Shown: in pieces, positions 59,106-64,000 of the stretch | How the letters are laid out: each line of letters opens with the position of its first letter | Position numbering within the stretch: position 1 is the first letter of the stretch | Assembly: GCA_048938105.1 (NCBI GenBank) | Contig: JBHLMN010000004.1 | Span: 128,001-192,000, forward strand | From: Promethearchaeota archaeon | GTDB taxonomy: Archaea > Asgardarchaeota > Heimdallarchaeia > Hodarchaeales > Hodarchaeaceae | Direction of reading: 5' to 3' | DNA length: 64,000 nt | Translations under genes and position numbers: made by a program | The notes under the pieces: generated by a model | Told to the model about the DNA's origin: nothing | Database searches by the model: none | Seen by the model: only the letters and a program-made list of their open reading frames with translations

Positions 59106-60491
59106 CTAATAGATGAATGGTACACCTATATCTTCGAGTTCTTTGCGTACATTTTTATAAAGAGTTTTGTATTCTGTTGTAGGTTTGACCTTTTGAACAT
59201 CATAACATTCTCGGAAATTTTTCCCAAGGGGAGCATCTGGGATATTCTCTTCATAGGTCTTTAAGAGAGTGAGTGTAAGCTCATTTGCATCACCTCGAGA
59301 GATTTTTTTCATTGCTGCTCCAGTACCAACTTCAGCAGCCATACGGGCTTCCATTGGGGTTGCATAATTTTTGACTTTGTTCTTAGCAACGGCCATTTCC
59401 CATAAATTTGCACCAGAGATGACAGAGACAAGCCCATGAGTTGCTGCTTCTCGCAAGACCATTTCAGTACACGGACCTGCTGCAGCAAATCCATTAGACA
59501 TTGACACGAAATTACTATTGCGAGCCAAAGCTTGATAGGTTGTTGAAATAACCCAGAGAAGTTGACGCATAGTATTACTAGTATGCTTCAAATGGAATGG
59601 GAAGTAATTCATGAAGTGAGCTTGGTTCACTAATAATCCCATCAAATGATATGCCACTCCCACGACTGCAGTTCCTTCAGGTCCACCAGCATAACCACCC
59701 ATAATAGGCCCAGCCAATGCTCCGACAAAACAACCATAAGTATGAAAGTGTACCATTTTATTTAGGAGAGAATTATCCACTTTGAGTTCTGTTATACTAG
59801 CTACAAAACGTCCATCTGTCAATCTTTCCCCCCACTCGGTATTACTAGCGGCAATTTGAGCAGCGTCCGATTCTGCTGTTCCAACACTTTTAAGAAAGAT
59901 ACCAGGACGACCGACTCGTCTGGCAGCTTCTCGGAACATCATCGCATGAGCGACCGATCCTTTCACTTCTGAAGGAAACCCAGAGCGTATGGGCATGCCC
60001 TCGATTTCAGGCAGGATTGGAGCACAGACTCCATCAGCTAGAGGCTCCTGTAAGTAAGCCATACTCATTGGGAGGAAGAGATCTTCATCACAAGTTATAT
60101 CGGGTGAAAATAGACAGAAAGGCCTTTGTGAATCTTCAATTTGTCGACTGGAGATTTCTTTAGAATCCCGTCCGAAACCTAGCGTGAATCTCCCAGGGAA
60201 GTTTCCAAAGGCTTCCTTTATTTCATCTTCAGTGAACAGAATCCTACGATGAGTATCAGTCACCAAAGTTCCAACTTCGAGATATAAATCCATAGCAGCT
60301 TTCCAAAGGCTATCAGCTAGAGTATTGTCTTGTGGAACGGGTATTGCAGGATCGAAACAGATATCATATTCCTTAACAACCCTTCGAAGTTCAGGAACAA
60401 GAAGTTTGAGATCAAAATCCCCTTCTAAGCAAATAGGACCATTTTGTGCTCTGTCCAACACTTCATTGATACGCCATGGCGGTGTTACCAT
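59106..60491 (-). CDS. mtmB: Monomethylamine:corrinoid methyltransferase (MtmB) family protein, non-pyrrolysine variant
   Basis: Family motifs DTHR..FTEDEI, LGFGRD, GRPG, ELKVD, PIMGGYAGG, AGPCTEM, PMEARM..EV, APLGKNFRECYDV. The 461-aa ORF is uninterrupted, with no in-frame TAG. Confidence 0.92.
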   Translation of the reverse strand: MVTPPWRINEVLDRAQNGPICLEGDFDLKLLVPELRRVVKEYDICFDPAIPVPQDNTLADSLWKAAMDLYLEVGTLVTDTHRRILFTEDEIKEAFGNFPGRFTLGFGRDSKEISSRQIEDSQRPFCLFSPDITCDEDLFLPMSMAYLQEPLADGVCAPILPEIEGMPIRSGFPSEVKGSVAHAMMFREAARRVGRPGIFLKSVGTAESDAAQIAASNTEWGERLTDGRFVASITELKVDNSLLNKMVHFHTYGCFVGALAGPIMGGYAGGPEGTAVVGVAYHLMGLLVNQAHFMNYFPFHLKHTSNTMRQLLWVISTTYQALARNSNFVSMSNGFAAAGPCTEMVLREAATHGLVSVISGANLWEMAVAKNKVKNYATPMEARMAAEVGTGAAMKKISRGDANELTLTLLKTYEENIPDAPLGKNFRECYDVQKVKPTTEYKTLYKNVRKELEDIGVPFIY

Positions 60492-61157
60492 TTACTTCGA
60501 CCTTTTTTCGAGTAATTTAGTAGCAAGTTTTGCTGCTCCAACTGCGGTTTCTGCCCATCCATCGGCGCCTATTTCTTCTTGCCAAGTTACAGTCGTTGGG
60601 GCTCCCCCAATGATGACCAAATAATTATCCCGTTTACCCAAAGCTTCAAGTAGTTCAAGAACTTCTTTTTGTGACATCATAGTGGTGGTCATTAATGCAG
60701 AGAGGGCGATTATATCTGCCTTCACTTCATCAGCTTTCTCAATGAACTGCATTGAAGGGACATCTTTTCCTAAGTCAAAGACTTCAAATCCCGAGACTTC
60801 TAGCATAATTTTTACAATATTTTTCCCAATTTCGTGAATATCCCCATGAACGGTACCGAGTACAACTTTACCTTTCGTTTCCAACCGTTCTGTAGTGGAT
60901 TTCTTGATGTGTTCTGTCAAGACTGAAGTGGCTGCCTGCATTGCTTCTGCAGCTCCCATTAGTTCGGGGAGAAAGATATCCATTCGATCAAATTTATCCC
61001 CTATTTCTTCCATTGTAGGGCTTAAGACATCATCAATTACTGTAAGTGGATCAACTTGATGCACTGTTATGAGCTCATTAGCGATTTCTTTGGCTTTGTC
61101 AGGCTCGTATTCCTCTAAAGATCTCTTTAACGCTACAAAAAGGCTTTCCATGGTCAT
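60492..61157 (-). CDS. Cobalamin-binding corrinoid protein (MtmC/MttC family)
   Basis: Cap domain (IGDKFD..IFLPEL..AAEAM), B12 motif GDIHEIGKNIV, DLGKDVP, SALMTTT, GGAP, IGADG. Its stop abuts the mtmB ATG. Confidence 0.95.
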   Translation of the reverse strand: MTMESLFVALKRSLEEYEPDKAKEIANELITVHQVDPLTVIDDVLSPTMEEIGDKFDRMDIFLPELMGAAEAMQAATSVLTEHIKKSTTERLETKGKVVLGTVHGDIHEIGKNIVKIMLEVSGFEVFDLGKDVPSMQFIEKADEVKADIIALSALMTTTMMSQKEVLELLEALGKRDNYLVIIGGAPTTVTWQEEIGADGWAETAVGAAKLATKLLEKRSK

Positions 61158-61336
61158 TTTTTGGTAACATCCTTCTCCTTACGGCTTACTATAAGACCTT
61201 AAAAATTACTGTTTTTAAACCCAAAAAGGGATGTTGGACAAAAAAGAAATAATATTGAAATAAATTTGAAATTTCAAAAGCTTTTTCAAATCTCAGAATT
61301 CATGAGAGATTTAATCAGAAAAATCATTCCACGCCT

Positions 61337-62170
61337 ATGCAATATTGGGATTACCATACGCATAATTCTCTTTGTAATCATGCCATTGGAACAATTAATG
61401 ACTATATTGCGTCAGCTATTAAGAAGGACTTAGCGGAGATTGGAATTAGTGACCATTTTCCAATGGATCTGCTCCCAAAGCATTTTCATATTTATGCTAT
61501 GCCATTAAACGAGTTTCCAAACTATATCAATGAAATCAAAAGACTTCAAGTGAAGTACATCTCACAAATTAAAGTTAAAATTGCTTCAGAAGTTGATTTC
61601 TTCCCAATGGCATTTAATAGTTATAAACGAATTATTAAACCCTATTTAGATGATTTCGATTATATTATAGGATCTGTTCATGCGGTTCCATGGCAGGGTA
61701 TTGACGCGATACCAATTGACGAAGTACAAGCTATTCCTATGATTAAGGAACTAGGTGTTGATAGAGTATATCTAAAATATTATGATACTCTCATGAAAAT
61801 GATTAAAACTAATTTTTACCAAATTGTAGGGCATTTTGATCTCCCAAAAAAGTATGGATTATTTCCTCAAGATTCTGACAAAATATGGCAGAAAGTATTA
61901 CAAGTTGTAGATCAGATTGAAAAAAGTGGGATGGTTGTAGAAATTAATACCTCTGGGTTGTATAAAAAAGCGAAACAAACTTATCCCAGTCCAAACATCA
62001 TTAAGGAGTTAATTCAGCGCAGGATTCCAATCACTCTTGGATCAGATGCTCATTCTCCTCAGTATGTTGGATTTAAATTTAAAGAGATTCTTGTGAAAGT
62101 CAAGAAGTGGGGATTGTCAAGTTTATGTCAGTTCTCAAATTACGAGAATAACCTTATTCCTCTAGATTGA
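61337..62170 (+). CDS. PHP-family histidinol-phosphatase (HisJ/HisK-like)
   Basis: DYHTH, GISDH, IGSVH, GHFDLPKK, EINTSG, GSDAH. Confidence 0.88.
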   Translation: MQYWDYHTHNSLCNHAIGTINDYIASAIKKDLAEIGISDHFPMDLLPKHFHIYAMPLNEFPNYINEIKRLQVKYISQIKVKIASEVDFFPMAFNSYKRIIKPYLDDFDYIIGSVHAVPWQGIDAIPIDEVQAIPMIKELGVDRVYLKYYDTLMKMIKTNFYQIVGHFDLPKKYGLFPQDSDKIWQKVLQVVDQIEKSGMVVEINTSGLYKKAKQTYPSPNIIKELIQRRIPITLGSDAHSPQYVGFKFKEILVKVKKWGLSSLCQFSNYENNLIPLD

Positions 62171-62190
62171 CAAGATAATATCGCTTATGA

Positions 62191-62343
62191 CTAAATAGTA
62201 TCCGTTACTCCTACAAGAGATCCCCCTTTCTGAAGATCTGATTCCAGATCAGAGTTGATTCGAATGAATAATGGCCCTTCATATTTCAAAAATCTAATAG
62301 TCAGGTTTAGTTGATCATTAGTTGATTGTTTTTGGTTCATCAT
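62191..62343 (-). CDS. Possible 50-aa small protein
   Basis: ATG-started ORF MMNQKQSTNDQLNLTIRFLKYEGPLFIRINSDLESDLQKGGSLVGVTDTI in an otherwise empty gap. No motif recognised. Confidence 0.25.
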   Translation of the reverse strand: MMNQKQSTNDQLNLTIRFLKYEGPLFIRINSDLESDLQKGGSLVGVTDTI

Positions 62344-62738
62344 TCATTACCAATAATGATAGGTGTTTTTCCTTTATATATCCACAAAACGATAATCCTA
62401 TAATGGGACTAGTCTGGTCTATTTAAAAAATAATATCATGATTATTTAAAGCCTAGGGTGTTTTATCAAAGTTAGATTTGAATAATTTAACAATTCAGAG
62501 ATGAGAATAGGTGAAAATTACTAATAATACCGACAAAATCAATGATGTAGAATCAGAATTCTTTGTCATTAGTAAGATGACATAAATTAGAGAAATATTG
62601 TCATAAATGTGAAAATAAGTAGAAATCCTTAGTCATCACAATTTCCAGTACTATGATTCAAAAATAGACATCTCTCGAACTTGTTAATATGTTAGCTCGT
62701 AATAAATAATTTAAGAATGAAGGTTGTTGTTCTGAATC

Positions 62739-63743
62739 ATGACTGAATTCAATCTCGAATCCATTCCAAGAATTCCTCTTTGCATATTACCGACGCCTAT
62801 AATGCCTCTCAAACGATTAACTGCGTATCTGGGTGGAGCTAATATTTTTATCAAAAGAGATGATCTTACAGGTGTTGCTTTTGGGGGGAATAAGAATAGA
62901 AAGCTAGAATTCTTATTAGCCGAAGCAAAGGAACGTAAAGCAGATGTTATTGTTACAGAAGGAGCTTTGCAATCAAATCACTGTCTTCAAACAGCAGCGT
63001 GCGCAGCAAAACTCGGTTTTGAATGTGAATTAGTATTATCAGGCGAAGATCTAAATTATATCACAGGAAATCTTCTTTTAGATCAGATTCTTGATGTGAA
63101 AATACATCGAGTTAAAGATAGTGTGAAGAGAAAAGCTCTCATGAAAGAGATAGAAGAGAAGTTAATAAATCAAGATAAGAGACCATATATCATACCAACA
63201 GGTGGTTCTACTATAATTGGTGCATTAGGATATTTAAACTGTATATTGGAAATTATGAAACAAGTTCGAAATTTAAGTATTGTAATGGATTACTTTATCC
63301 ATGCAACTGGTAGTGGAGGTACGCATTCGGGTGTTCTTTTAGGAAAAGAGCTCTATTGTCCTGAATTGGAAATTTTTGGGATTAATGTTGGAGAACCAGA
63401 AGGGGAACTAAATAAAATTGTACAAAGGATTATTCGGAAGTTTATTGAAGAATGGGGTTTGAAATTAACGATTAAAAAGGATTCGATTAAGGTTCTTGAT
63501 GATTATTATGGGGAGGGGTATGGAATCCCAAGTCAAGAAATGATTGATACTGTAAAACTGATTGCAAAGCTGGAGGGAATTTTTCTTGACCCTGTTTATA
63601 CTGGAAAAGCCATGGTAGGATTGGTTGACCTTGTGAAGACTAGAGTAATCCCAAAAGACAGTAATGTAATTTTTCTTCATTCAGGAGGAGGCCCCTCAAT
63701 ATTTAATTATGCTGATGTTTTCAAAAAGAATCAAGAGAGATAA
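62739..63743 (+). CDS. D-cysteine desulfhydrase / ACC deaminase family PLP enzyme
   Basis: PTPI, KRDDLTG, GGNKNRKLEF (PLP lysine), QSNH, GSGGT, DPVYTGKA. Confidence 0.92.
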   Translation: MTEFNLESIPRIPLCILPTPIMPLKRLTAYLGGANIFIKRDDLTGVAFGGNKNRKLEFLLAEAKERKADVIVTEGALQSNHCLQTAACAAKLGFECELVLSGEDLNYITGNLLLDQILDVKIHRVKDSVKRKALMKEIEEKLINQDKRPYIIPTGGSTIIGALGYLNCILEIMKQVRNLSIVMDYFIHATGSGGTHSGVLLGKELYCPELEIFGINVGEPEGELNKIVQRIIRKFIEEWGLKLTIKKDSIKVLDDYYGEGYGIPSQEMIDTVKLIAKLEGIFLDPVYTGKAMVGLVDLVKTRVIPKDSNVIFLHSGGGPSIFNYADVFKKNQER

Positions 63744-63746
63744 AAG

Positions 63747-64000
63747 ATGTTTAAGAACTTTTCATCAGCCCATAAAATAGGTTCATTAGTTATCAAAAAT
63801 AGATTAGTTAGATCAGCTACTTATGAGTGTATGGCAACCGTTGAAGATGGTAGTGTTACACAAGAATTAATATATCTATATAAAACATTAGCCGAAGGAG
63901 GAGTTGGATTGATTATCACAGGGCTCACTTATGTTCACCCCTCTGGTCGTAGTTATCATAATCAGACAGCAATAGATAATGATAGTTTAATTCCAGGATT
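63747..64000 (+). CDS. NADH:flavin oxidoreductase (Old Yellow Enzyme family), 3'-truncated
   Basis: Own translation: MFKNFSSAHKIGSLVIKNRLVRSATYE...LAEGGVGLIITG...; the frame runs off the window end. Confidence 0.88.
   Translation, partial: MFKNFSSAHKIGSLVIKNRLVRSATYECMATVEDGSVTQELIYLYKTLAEGGVGLIITGLTYVHPSGRSYHNQTAIDNDSLIPG

Noticed and set aside
59106-60491. Pyrrolysine (TAG) readthrough or PYLIS element in mtmB
   Set aside because: The ORF is uninterrupted and the expected position is AAA (Lys). No pyl genes or tRNA-Pyl are visible in the window.
1-64000. Provirus, transposon or defence island
   Set aside because: No integrase, transposase, capsid, terminase, nuclease or restriction-modification motifs were recognised in any ORF.

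Overview
A gene-dense, low-GC archaeal chromosomal window of about 60 CDSs. It is most consistent with an Asgard archaeon (Heimdallarchaeia/Hodarchaeales-like). That assignment is inferred from a longin/roadblock-like protein, many winged-HTH regulators and P[GSC]F-TM-basic surface-protein tails. Contents in order: (1) the 3' end of a cell-surface operon (large Ig-like protein, YdjM-like hydrolase, membrane-anchored protein); (2) four ABC export modules plus an orphan FtsX-type permease; (3) a processive-type GT2 with an altered QxxRW motif; (4) assorted hydrolases and methyltransferases; (5) an FG-GAP/FN3 adhesin-like protein; (6) a complete phosphate-uptake locus (circularly permuted PstS, PstC-PstA fusion, PstB, three PhoU-type proteins, ArsC); (7) three tandem LVIVD-repeat surface proteins; (8) a corrinoid protein plus MtmB-family methyltransferase operon. 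The MtmB pair is the best candidate for an undescribed system: the pyrrolysine position is an ordinary lysine (AAA) and the acidic amine-binding residues appear replaced. Three genes appear to use non-canonical starts (CTG, CTG, ATA). I saw no rRNA, tRNA, CRISPR array or transposase. All calls come from reading motifs by eye; no database searches were run.
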